Part shown: piece by piece, positions 1 through 9,267 of the stretch
Layout: each line of letters opens with the position of its first letter
Position numbering within the stretch: position 1 is the stretch's first letter
Source of the DNA: Cyanobacteria bacterium P01_D01_bin.156
GTDB taxonomy: Bacteria > Cyanobacteriota > Cyanobacteriia > Phormidesmidales > Phormidesmidaceae
NCBI GenBank assembly: GCA_039024555.1
Contig: JBCCQQ010000092.1
Location: forward strand, 1 to 19,008
Direction of reading: 5' to 3'
Length of the DNA: 19,008 nucleotides
Notes under the pieces: generated by a model
Databases searched by the model: none
What the model saw: the letters and a program-made list of their open reading frames with translations, nothing else
Told to the model about the DNA's origin: nothing
Program-made: the position numbers and the translations under genes

Positions 1-129
1 ACGCTACGAGCTGAAACAGCGGCTTGGGCGAGTGACATCAACAGCACTCAGAGAGGTGTCGATTGGCAGATGAAAATTGACGATGCACGCTACAAATTAG
101 CGTCTGTCTATCCCAAGATTAAGTCTTGA
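1..129 (+). CDS. IS630-family transposase, C-terminal fragment (runs in from the left edge)
   Basis: Frame 1 reads TLRAETAAWASDINSTQRGVDWQMKIDDARYKLASVYPKIKS* (TGA 127-129). This matches the W...N...VxWQ(F)...ARxKLxxxYP C-terminus of one IS630 subgroup. It is absent from the ORF track because it is truncated. Confidence 0.85.
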   Translation, partial: TLRAETAAWASDINSTQRGVDWQMKIDDARYKLASVYPKIKS

Positions 130-140
130 CGATGCACTAG
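1..140 (+). mobile_element. Right end of an IS630-family insertion sequence
   Basis: The transposase stop is followed by CGATGCACTAG, ending in CTAG (137-140). IS630 elements typically target CTAG/TA. The sequence becomes AT-rich immediately after. The exact end is inferred. Confidence 0.7.
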
Positions 141-1149
141 CAGCTGCGTATGTATTAGCAGTGTTAAACTTCACTTCTAATGTGAGCAAACAGATAAAAG
201 AGCAATAACAGATTGCTAAAAAAGTTAGCCGGTTTGACTATTTATTTTGATATGTCTCCATTCACTAGCCTAAGAGAACAGGAGATTTAGGTGCTTTAGT
301 TAGGAGCGCGCTTTCAGAAAAAAATCTCTTGCGCAAACATCACCCAGATGGGTACTTGACAAAGAAAACTTAACAGGTGCAACCAAATCAATACCCGGCT
401 GATTTACAGAGTATGTTTCTTTCTTAAGCACTTACAGGACAATCCATAAATTGGACTAAATCAAGTGCTTTTCATATTACACCGTATTACGTTAAGGAAA
501 CGCAATCTACTGAACTGTAGCTCGGCAATGAGAGGTGAAATCTATGGACATATACCAAGCATTTAGTACGTTTCTACAGTCGCTTGATAATCAAAGATGT
601 AAATATTAATTGAGTACCCCCATCATCTAGGCAGTGTACCCAATATCACTAATGTCAACTTATCCAAGGGGATTGGAATATTGTTGTTCAACTGAAATGT
701 CTCACTATATTTCTGTCTATGAAATAGAGTTACAGAGCACTGAGTACAGTATTTCTGAGTCACATTTTCTAGTGATATTTGGCTGAAATATTTGCGTCAA
801 TGCATTAGCTCTTATCTCTTGGGAAAGAGCTGGAAATACCTGTCTTGAAAAGCTCTCTGCCTTTACCGTACCGAAAGGAAGGAAGTGAGAAGAAAGTGGT
901 CTATTAACTTTTCTTTCTGGATACAGAAAAGTCTGGATTTCACTAGTTGTCGCAAGTATGAAGAGTACGAATGTAGCAACAAGGTTTAAATCATGAAAAT
1001 CAAGAAATGTTGAGTAATTAAGCCAAACTGCCCTAAATAACGAGATGTGTAGTTCAACAATTTTTCATTGCTAGCCAGGTGTCTGACTTTAATGAAAGGT
1101 TTGTTGGGCCTTTTGTGTAATTCCTTGTAGTTTACTAGATATAACAGAC

Positions 1150-4100
1150 GTGGCTTACAACTTTGAGATCATCGCTTCAACAGGTAAAGGGTTTGATACG
1201 TTAGAGAATGCTCCATCTATTAACAACAATGGTCAAGTTGCATTTGTAGGTACACAGGCTGGCGATGAAAGCATTTTTGTAGGAGATGCCTCTGAAACAC
1301 TCGTTGACCTTGAGCCAAATCGGAACGGTACGCCAATCGATTATGGTCCAGGAGTTCAAATTAATGATCTAGGGCAGGTAGTTAGTAACTACAAATTTTC
1401 CTCTTCCTCTTCCTTATATAGTAGGGTTGGTATCTGGAATAGTCAGAATCCAGGAATTTCATCGAATATTGCCTTAGGTTCTACGAATACGAATGAAATT
1501 CCTATCAGTTTCCCCGGTGGGTTTGGAGAAATTCCAGGTATTACCCTCCCTAGTCCTATTCCAAAGGACTATGATTTTGTTGCTCAATATCCTACTATCG
1601 ACAACTCTGGAAAAGTTATCTTTTCTGGAATTATGGGTGCTAATCGATTCTTATCTAGTCCCAGAACAAATGGTGCAGGAAAGTTTGATGAACGTGCTTT
1701 CCCAGGAAAGATTACTCCACAGGTAATGGCTGCAGATAACGGTTTTGCAGTCTTACGATTTGGCGACAATTTTGGAGATCCAGAAGCAGGTGTTAGACCC
1801 TCACCAATTGTTTTAATTAATGAGCGATTGGGTCATTCAAAATTTATTGCTAGTGGAATTACGGGAAAGTTTACACAACTTGGTGCTGCCCCTGGCATTA
1901 GTGATGATGGAAAAATCATCGCTTTTTATGGCAATTTAAGTACTGAAGGGGCAGACGACCTTAATACACGAAATGCTGCAACACTTGGCGTTCAGGCTAT
2001 AGAAGAAGCTGCCAAATTGAATCCTGGTGAAGGGATTTTTGCTGCGGTTAATAACGGCAGTGACTGGATCTATCAGAGAATCGCGGGTATTTCAGGTAAT
2101 GGTTTTCTTGATCCAGGAGAAATCTTTGAGGATTCGAATAATAATGGCCAGCTTGATGTAGGTGAGGATAGAGGCCGGTTTTCCGGTTTTGAACCCGATC
2201 AGAGAGTTGGCGTAAGTTCAATATTTTCAGATCCTTTGGAAACTTCAACCGTAGTATATTCTGGCTATAGTACTCTCGATGCAGATGCTAGAAAGGGGAT
2301 CTATACCAGTGATTTAAGTACTTATAATGTGATCTCGCCATCGGAATCGGTTGTTCCTGTTTATCAACCCAAGCTAGTTGTCCAAGTTGATGACACTATT
2401 AATGGGTTGGATGGCAAGATAACAGACTTGAACCTTCATGATCCAATTAATTCAAGTGGTAATTTAGCATTTTGGGTTGAAACAGAAGCCAATCAGGGAA
2501 TAGTCAGCGCAATTGATCCATCCATAAGTATTGATCGTTGGTGGGCCACTGTAGGGGACGAGCCCATAACGGTTGATTTTACCTTCTCTGTACCAGAGGC
2601 AGGCAACTATCATATTGATATAGATTTTGGAGACCTCATTGATGTAGAAGGAATATCTGATATTGATGATGATTGGTTTTTGACTGATTCAGCTAAAGCG
2701 GAAATTTTCTATCATGGTGTTTCAAATGGTGAGTTCGCTAATATTCAGGATTCATCAGGCTTTGTAAGTTCATTTAATATCGACCTTAATGATGTTCCTG
2801 CTGGCAAACATACCTTGAGCATCAGTGGATTTAAGGTGCCGACAGTACCTGTCGTTGAAGAAGTGAATTTTACAGTCTCCTCCCAGGACGAATCTTTTGA
2901 AGAAAATCTCAGAACCTTCTTTGTTGCAGACCATCCTGACATTAGTGCCACAAGTGAATATATTCTAGACGTTAATGGAGAAAGTCAATTCTTTGATGTA
3001 GAAGAGTTGATTGATCATTTTGCACCTGCTCTAATCTTTAATGAAGGTGAACGATTCGCAGTTCCATTTGACGTAAGTGAAACCTGGCAAGGTTCTCGTC
3101 TTGCTACAGGTAACGCAGATGATTCCTTAGAACTGTCTGGAAGTTATGCGAATGAATCCAATTTTTACAATAGTGGTAATACTCCTGCTGCCATCTATGC
3201 ATCTGTTTTAGATAACGAAGATCGAAATGAAGTCGCGATCAATTATTATTTCCACTATCCTCGCAGTAACTGGGCAGAACATGGAGGCTTTAATACTCAT
3301 GAAGGTGATTGGGAAGGGATAACAATTTTTTTAGAGAAAACAGGCAACTTACTAAAACCAGATCGAGTTTCTTTTGCTCAACATGTTGAATTAGACGAAT
3401 ATAGCGTTGAAACAACAAGCAGAAGTATAAAAGGTCAAGCAGAAATCGCGGTTGATACTTTTAAGGCAGCTTTAGTAGGTGGATTACCTGCAGCTACGAT
3501 AACCTTTCTTAAGGGACAACTTGAAGATCTTTTTGCATCTACTGTAGAAGACGCCATACGTGAAGAATTCATTGACAATGATGGTTCTGATACTGTTGAT
3601 TGGGAAGAACTCGCAGTTGCTTTTGATCAGCAAGTTTTAGTTTTTCCAGGCTTAGGTGGACATGCTAGTTACCCAAGAATAGATGAAACATTTTGGCCTA
3701 GTTTGTTAAATCCTAGTAATTCATTTCTGCCTAGAGAAAGACATTTTGGAAATGGCTCTTCTTTTATTCCTAGTAATGGCCAGGTTCAGTATTTGCCTCG
3801 CGTAGGAACAGGCGACAGTGATGTACTAGACTGGCTAAGATATCCCGGTTTATGGGGCAATCCAGATCTTGGTGACTTTCTCGATGATTTAGTTGGAGAT
3901 GAAACGCCACGTGGGCCTGTTTTCCTAGATTTAAACAAACTCAATACTCAAGAAGAGGCTGGGTTAGGACAGCGTTGGCTTGATCCTTGGGCCTGGGCAA
4001 ATGAGGATGAGGCTCCTGAGTCCATAAGAGCCCAAGATGATTTTATTGAAATTGATGAGGATGGCATCAAACTTCTTGATCCTAGAACAAATGATGAACC

Positions 4101-6459
4101 TATTGATCCACAAGACAATCCACAAGAAACTTTAACGATTGATAGCCTCATTAGAGATGGCCTGATTGGACAGGCAAAAATTATTGATGGGCAAATTATT
4201 CGTTATGAGCCAAATGGTGAATTTGAAGATCTAGCTGAAGGTGAAACCGCTACTGATACCTTTAGCTATAGGGTTAGTGACTCTGAAAATAACAGTGATA
4301 CGGCTGTAGTAACAGTTACTATCACAGGAGTTAATGACGCACCTATAACAACTGATGACCCAGGTAGTACAGATGAGGATAACACCACCTTCTTTTTGCC
4401 AGAGACATTATTGCGTAATGATATAGACATCGACTCTGAGCATGAAACACTAGAAATCGTCAGCGTTAGCCCTACAGCCGATACTAAAGGGATAGTTTCT
4501 ATCCTAAGCAATCGCATAGGCTACGATCCTGACGGTCAGTTTGATAAGCTATCAGAAGGACAGGCAGGTTTTGACAGCTTTACCTACACTATCCGTGATG
4601 ATAAAGGAGCTATCAGCAAACCTGGCTTTGTTAGGATTGGAATTCAGGGTGTAAATGATGCTCCATCAGTGCAAAATCCTGATATCTCAGTTAATGAAAA
4701 TGGCGTAGTAACAATAGGCATCGATACCCTAGCTCAAGATATTGATGAGGGTGATACATTAACCATTACTAACGCTGGCCCTGCCCAAAAAGGCAACTTT
4801 AATTTTTCCGACACAAGTGTTACCTACGATCCTGACAACCAATTTGAGGAATTAGCAAAAGGTCAAACTTCAACAACAACTGTAGCCTACACTGTTGAAG
4901 ACAATTATGATGCCGTCAGCAGTGGCACTATTACCTTTACCATTGAGGGTGAAAATGATGCTCCAGTTGCTTTGAGTGATGGATTTGTCACAACTGAGAA
5001 AAATTCATTGTTCCTCAATGTACTTGGTAATGACACCGACGTTGATACCGATGACCAGCTCAGCATTACAGCTATTAATGCCGCCGGAGTGATCGGAGTA
5101 GTTGCTGTTTCAGGTAATGGCATCTTATACAGTCCCAATGGCCAATTTAATGCTTTCTCATCAGGAGAATCCATTGTTGAGAGCTTTAGCTACACTGTGG
5201 TTGACCTGGAAGGAGCCACCAGTACCGCTGCTGTGACAGTAACTGTGCAGGGCGTTAATGATGGTATTGTCGGTACTGATGATACTATTGAAACTTCTGA
5301 AGATAAGGCTATCGACATTGCAGTACTGAAGAATGATGTCAATCTTGATGGTGATGGGTTGATACTGTCTGATATCCCAATAGCACCAGATAATGGAATT
5401 GCTATTATCAACGACAACAATACCCCTAACAATCTTACCGATGATTTCATCACCTACATTCCCAATGCTAACTTTAATGGCACCGACACCTTTACTTATG
5501 AGATTACCGATGGCATAGCTACGGCTACGGCTAACGTCACCGTTACCGTTGAGCCCGTTAATGATGCTCCAACTCTAGTAACGCCGCTAGCGGATCAAAC
5601 TGCGACGGAAGACTCTGCATTGAGCTTCAGCTTTCCGCTGACTACATTCAATGATGTAGATACAAGCGATAGTCTCACCTACACAGCAACTCTATCTGAC
5701 GGTAATTCTCTCCCAAGCTGGTTAGACTTTGAGCCAAATAGTCTCACCTTTGGTGGTCAACCTCCAACAGCCGATACACTAGAAATAACCATCACAGCTA
5801 CAGATAGGGCTGAAACATCTGCAAACGACACTTTCGTTCTTACTATCGAAGCTCCTGTCACCGAACCAGAGCCACCTACTGGACCTAATACCCCCATCGG
5901 GGGAGACTCCAACGATGTCATCACCGGTAGTGACGCTGACGAAACCCTAGCAGGTGGGCTAGGTGATGACATCATCCTGGGTGGGCTAGGTGATGATATC
6001 CTGCGGGGCGATGCTAATAGCTCATCTCCACAGGGTAATAGTCCTGGTGGCAATGACTTTATCGATGGTGGTGAGGGCAATGACCGTATTGGCGGCAAAG
6101 CCGGTAACGACATCTTACTCGGTGGCACCGGTAACGATAAAATCTGGGGCGATGACGGTGACGATGTCCTATTTGGCGGACTTGGCAACGATCAGCTCAC
6201 AGGTGATGATTTTTCTGGTGGGCAGGGTAGCGACCTATTTGTTCTGACTGCAGGTCACGGGACCGATACTATTCAGGACTTTGAACTAGGGATCGACTTT
6301 ATTGGTCTAACAGGTGAGCTTACTTTTGATGACTTATCATTAGGTAAATCTGGCCAAAATACAACTATTAGCTTTGGTAACGAAGTGCTTGCCACGCTAA
6401 AAAATGTTGAAGCAAGCAGCCTCACTAAAGCTAGCTTTGTTGCAGAAGTTGCGATTTAG
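1150..6459 (+). CDS. Giant secreted Ca-binding RTX/adhesin-like protein: NxxG-repeat putative beta-propeller, Vps62/NPP1-like domain, 5 cadherin-like/VCBS (tandem-95) repeats, Ig-like (He_PIG/dystroglycan-cadherin type) domain, RTX repeats
   Basis: 1769-aa acidic ORF with a GTG start and no signal peptide. N-terminal repeats PSINNNGQVAF, QINDLGQVV, PTIDNSGKVIF, PGISDDGKIIAF, PINSSGNLAF. THEGDWEG at about 3295-3318. Repeats end in GVNDAP/GENDAP/PVNDAP with DxFxYTxxD (about 4020-5570). DVDTSDSLTYTATLSDGNSLPSWLDF domain. C-terminal GGxGxDxL nonapeptides followed by DTIQDFELGIDFIGL, typical of type I secretion substrates. Confidence 0.9.
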   Translation: MAYNFEIIASTGKGFDTLENAPSINNNGQVAFVGTQAGDESIFVGDASETLVDLEPNRNGTPIDYGPGVQINDLGQVVSNYKFSSSSSLYSRVGIWNSQNPGISSNIALGSTNTNEIPISFPGGFGEIPGITLPSPIPKDYDFVAQYPTIDNSGKVIFSGIMGANRFLSSPRTNGAGKFDERAFPGKITPQVMAADNGFAVLRFGDNFGDPEAGVRPSPIVLINERLGHSKFIASGITGKFTQLGAAPGISDDGKIIAFYGNLSTEGADDLNTRNAATLGVQAIEEAAKLNPGEGIFAAVNNGSDWIYQRIAGISGNGFLDPGEIFEDSNNNGQLDVGEDRGRFSGFEPDQRVGVSSIFSDPLETSTVVYSGYSTLDADARKGIYTSDLSTYNVISPSESVVPVYQPKLVVQVDDTINGLDGKITDLNLHDPINSSGNLAFWVETEANQGIVSAIDPSISIDRWWATVGDEPITVDFTFSVPEAGNYHIDIDFGDLIDVEGISDIDDDWFLTDSAKAEIFYHGVSNGEFANIQDSSGFVSSFNIDLNDVPAGKHTLSISGFKVPTVPVVEEVNFTVSSQDESFEENLRTFFVADHPDISATSEYILDVNGESQFFDVEELIDHFAPALIFNEGERFAVPFDVSETWQGSRLATGNADDSLELSGSYANESNFYNSGNTPAAIYASVLDNEDRNEVAINYYFHYPRSNWAEHGGFNTHEGDWEGITIFLEKTGNLLKPDRVSFAQHVELDEYSVETTSRSIKGQAEIAVDTFKAALVGGLPAATITFLKGQLEDLFASTVEDAIREEFIDNDGSDTVDWEELAVAFDQQVLVFPGLGGHASYPRIDETFWPSLLNPSNSFLPRERHFGNGSSFIPSNGQVQYLPRVGTGDSDVLDWLRYPGLWGNPDLGDFLDDLVGDETPRGPVFLDLNKLNTQEEAGLGQRWLDPWAWANEDEAPESIRAQDDFIEIDEDGIKLLDPRTNDEPIDPQDNPQETLTIDSLIRDGLIGQAKIIDGQIIRYEPNGEFEDLAEGETATDTFSYRVSDSENNSDTAVVTVTITGVNDAPITTDDPGSTDEDNTTFFLPETLLRNDIDIDSEHETLEIVSVSPTADTKGIVSILSNRIGYDPDGQFDKLSEGQAGFDSFTYTIRDDKGAISKPGFVRIGIQGVNDAPSVQNPDISVNENGVVTIGIDTLAQDIDEGDTLTITNAGPAQKGNFNFSDTSVTYDPDNQFEELAKGQTSTTTVAYTVEDNYDAVSSGTITFTIEGENDAPVALSDGFVTTEKNSLFLNVLGNDTDVDTDDQLSITAINAAGVIGVVAVSGNGILYSPNGQFNAFSSGESIVESFSYTVVDLEGATSTAAVTVTVQGVNDGIVGTDDTIETSEDKAIDIAVLKNDVNLDGDGLILSDIPIAPDNGIAIINDNNTPNNLTDDFITYIPNANFNGTDTFTYEITDGIATATANVTVTVEPVNDAPTLVTPLADQTATEDSALSFSFPLTTFNDVDTSDSLTYTATLSDGNSLPSWLDFEPNSLTFGGQPPTADTLEITITATDRAETSANDTFVLTIEAPVTEPEPPTGPNTPIGGDSNDVITGSDADETLAGGLGDDIILGGLGDDILRGDANSSSPQGNSPGGNDFIDGGEGNDRIGGKAGNDILLGGTGNDKIWGDDGDDVLFGGLGNDQLTGDDFSGGQGSDLFVLTAGHGTDTIQDFELGIDFIGLTGELTFDDLSLGKSGQNTTISFGNEVLATLKNVEASSLTKASFVAEVAI
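5953..6003 (+). repeat. 27-bp-period tandem duplication encoding two RTX nonapeptides
   Basis: GGTGGGCTAGGTGATGA is identical at 5953-5969 and 5980-5996 (GGLGDDIIL GGLGDDIL). Confidence 0.8.
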
Positions 6460-6478
6460 GATAAGTTCTCTGCGGATT

Positions 6479-8905
6479 TCAGGTTGGGTCAGCATTTTTC
6501 ACATTCTGATCCAGCCATTCAACCATTTCCCACAGCACGTGGCCTACGGCTTCCCGCGACCGATAGCCGTGCCCTTCTGCTGGCAGTGATACATAGCGAA
6601 CGGTTCCTCCCAGTCCCTTCATTGCTTCGTACAGTCGTTCGGACTGGATGGGAAAGGTGCCTGAATTATTGTCTTCTGCACCGTGGATCAACAATAGTGG
6701 TTCATTAATTTTTTCCGCTGAGATAAACGGCGACATTTTTAGATACGTCTCCGGTGTTTCCCAAAATGTGCGCTGTTCTCCTTGGAAGCCAAATGGTGTC
6801 AGGGTACGATTGTAAGCTCCGCTGCGGGCGATGCCTGCTTGGAACAGATCGCTATGGGCCAATAGATTTGCTGCTGTAAATGCACCGTAGGAATGTCCCC
6901 CAATTGCCAAGCGTGTGCCATCGCTTACGCCTCGCTCCACCAGGTAGTTCACAGCTGCTTCGGCGCTAGCCACCAGCTGTTCGATATACGTGTCATTGGG
7001 TTCGGTATCCCCCTCTCCAATGATGGGCATGGTGGGACCGCTTAGCACAGCATATCCTTGGGTCAACAAAAACAGAACCGAATCTCTTCCTGGGCGGGTA
7101 AACGTAAATTCAGAGCGCGTATTCTGGCTAGCGACATCCCGGTCCTTAAACTCTCGGGGATAGACCCACAGTAGAGTGGGTAAAGCACCATCTTGGGTTG
7201 GATCGTATCCTGGTGGCAAATACAGGGTGGCTGTTAAGGTTACACCATCTGGCCGAGAATAGCGTACGATCTCTTTTTGTACATCGGCATACCAAGGTAG
7301 GGGATCGGAAAAATCAGTTAGTTCTTCTTCTGTTCCGCTAGTTAAATTTAATTGGTGGTAGTTCCCTGGCATAGTCGGGGACTGACGACGTACAATGACG
7401 TCCTGGGCGTTACCATCGAGCAGTCGGGTAATCCGACTAAACGTTTCTCCTTGTGCCTGCCACAGACGCTCTGTGGCTAAACTCGTTAAATCCAGACGGT
7501 CTAAAAATGGAAAGACTCCATCGGGAGAAGCACCATCGCCTGTTAAGTAAATACTGTTGTTGTTGAGCATCACCACCGAACGACCATAGGGGCCAGGTTG
7601 TGTGACTGGGCTTCCCGGATTTGCGTAGGCATCTTGGAAATCTCTCTGATTGAGAAGAGCGGGCTCTGTTGTTGCATCCTGGGGAGAGAATTTCCACGTT
7701 TTTACTTGGCGGCTGTCGTACCAGGCTTCTGTTACGATCGCAAGCTCTTCATTGCCCCAAATAATCCCTCGAAACCGTAGGGTGGATCGCCAAATTTCTG
7801 TTGGGGGTCCATCAAACGGGGCAGCTAGCGTATATACCCCATCCCGGTAGTCTGCAGGCTTGCTGGCGTCTCCACCATCCAAGGCTTCTGCCCAGAAGAG
7901 AGTGGCAGGCTGATCGGTCCGCCAGCCGATACTTCGTTTCCCCTGACGGACCGAATCAAAGGCGATGGGAATATCATCAGCTAGGGGTAAATCCACCAGT
8001 TCGTGCACCACCTCACCCTGGCGATTGAGCACCTCGTAGCGTACCGGAAACCTGGATAACGGCACCTGATAAGAAAATGGACGATGAATAGTAGACCGTA
8101 AAAGCCAACGGCCATCAGGGGATACCGTCACATTACGGATCAGATCTGGTTTACCCAGTCGAGTAATCTCTCCTTCCAAACTGATATGGGCTATTTGGGA
8201 AGAGAAATAATATTCAAATAACGCTTCATCGTGGGGGCTGGCTAGCAGGTTGGTGTAGGTGCGGGTAGCCGCGACTCGGCCCTGGCTACTTTCAATGACT
8301 GGACCAACTGGAACAGCAGGTTCTTCTGGTGGAGCGCCGATACTTTGGAGGCGTACTCTGCAAATCAGGCCATCTGTTCCTGGCAGCCAACGACAGGGAC
8401 TGTTGTACACCCCGTTGAGGATAGGACCCGTCAACGGTTTTGCCTTTGCTTGGGCGACATCCAAGACCCACAGTTCGATGCCATCGGCTTGGGTGAGCGT
8501 AAAGGCCAAGTGACGACTGTCATAGGACCAGCGTAGATTGCGAATACGTGCGTCTGGAGGCAAATAAATTGGGGTGCTATCCGATGCGCCCAGGGCACGA
8601 ACAGTGATGCCGGTATAAAACCCTTCTTGGGCCGGTCCCCAGGTATTGGGATTGAGTTTGGTACCGGCGATCGCAACCCAAGGCTGAGCCAATTCCGAAA
8701 TGGGTGGTAGAGACCGCCGCTCTAGCTCCAGCAGCCATTGGTTATCGGGGGATATGGACACCGCCGGTAGGGGGTTCACATCGAGCATCGACACGATCGG
8801 CTCTGGCGGATTTTGCCATAGAGACTGTGTCTGGTCAGGCTGAGCAGAGGCAGGCATAGTCGTCATCAGGGGGAAAACTACAAGCGAAAGCAAACGACGC
8901 AGCAT
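6479..8905 (-). CDS. S9 (prolyl oligopeptidase clan) serine peptidase resembling chloroplast glutamyl endopeptidase (S9D), with signal peptide
   Basis: 808 aa. Nucleophile elbow GGHSYG, then ARSGAYNRTLTPFGFQ, acid motif HGAEDNNSGT and His motif EGHGY. N-terminal beta-propeller repeats (SPDNQW, SPDGRW). Signal peptide MLRRLLSLVVFPLMTTMPASA. Confidence 0.92.
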   Translation of the reverse strand: MLRRLLSLVVFPLMTTMPASAQPDQTQSLWQNPPEPIVSMLDVNPLPAVSISPDNQWLLELERRSLPPISELAQPWVAIAGTKLNPNTWGPAQEGFYTGITVRALGASDSTPIYLPPDARIRNLRWSYDSRHLAFTLTQADGIELWVLDVAQAKAKPLTGPILNGVYNSPCRWLPGTDGLICRVRLQSIGAPPEEPAVPVGPVIESSQGRVAATRTYTNLLASPHDEALFEYYFSSQIAHISLEGEITRLGKPDLIRNVTVSPDGRWLLRSTIHRPFSYQVPLSRFPVRYEVLNRQGEVVHELVDLPLADDIPIAFDSVRQGKRSIGWRTDQPATLFWAEALDGGDASKPADYRDGVYTLAAPFDGPPTEIWRSTLRFRGIIWGNEELAIVTEAWYDSRQVKTWKFSPQDATTEPALLNQRDFQDAYANPGSPVTQPGPYGRSVVMLNNNSIYLTGDGASPDGVFPFLDRLDLTSLATERLWQAQGETFSRITRLLDGNAQDVIVRRQSPTMPGNYHQLNLTSGTEEELTDFSDPLPWYADVQKEIVRYSRPDGVTLTATLYLPPGYDPTQDGALPTLLWVYPREFKDRDVASQNTRSEFTFTRPGRDSVLFLLTQGYAVLSGPTMPIIGEGDTEPNDTYIEQLVASAEAAVNYLVERGVSDGTRLAIGGHSYGAFTAANLLAHSDLFQAGIARSGAYNRTLTPFGFQGEQRTFWETPETYLKMSPFISAEKINEPLLLIHGAEDNNSGTFPIQSERLYEAMKGLGGTVRYVSLPAEGHGYRSREAVGHVLWEMVEWLDQNVKNADPT

Positions 8906-9062
8906 GGCAGATTTGGAGCTAGAACCTAGATTTTAGATGCTGCCCGCTTTCTAAAGCTAGCTTGTCAGTACAACTCAAAACGCAACATAAAGTTTAAGAA
9001 TGGCGGGGAATATAGGACTTGGATAGGAAAAGTACCATTGAGTTAGTGATAACGTTATTCCC

Positions 9063-9077
9063 TAAATCAGCAACGGC
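9063..9077. repeat. Solo copy of the MITE terminal inverted repeat
   Basis: TAAATCAGCAACGGC is the exact reverse complement of 11417-11431 (GCCGTTGCTGATTTA). I found no partner TIR nearby. Confidence 0.65.
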
Positions 9078-9267
9078 GATATTGTTAATCGATGCAAGCG
9101 CCTTCTTGCTCTTAGTCCCAAACAGACCAACAGCCAATCAGGAGCCTAAAATGGTTACAGGCTCAGGATGTGCCTGAACCTCAAAGACTTTGATAGACTC
9201 CCCTAACAATGCGATATCCCAAAAGCCGGTAGGGTATATCAACACCCTGGCAGGTATCAAAACTCTT

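Noticed and set aside
855..900. c-di-GMP-I riboswitch (CC-GAAA-GG loop upstream of an adhesin gene)
   Set aside because: The GGCAAA/GCAAAG junction motifs and the second stem with tetraloop receptor are missing.
141..1149. CRISPR array, tRNA or hidden gene in the long intergenic region
   Set aside because: No regularly spaced repeats, no cloverleaf, and no ORF in the track or recognisable protein remnant.
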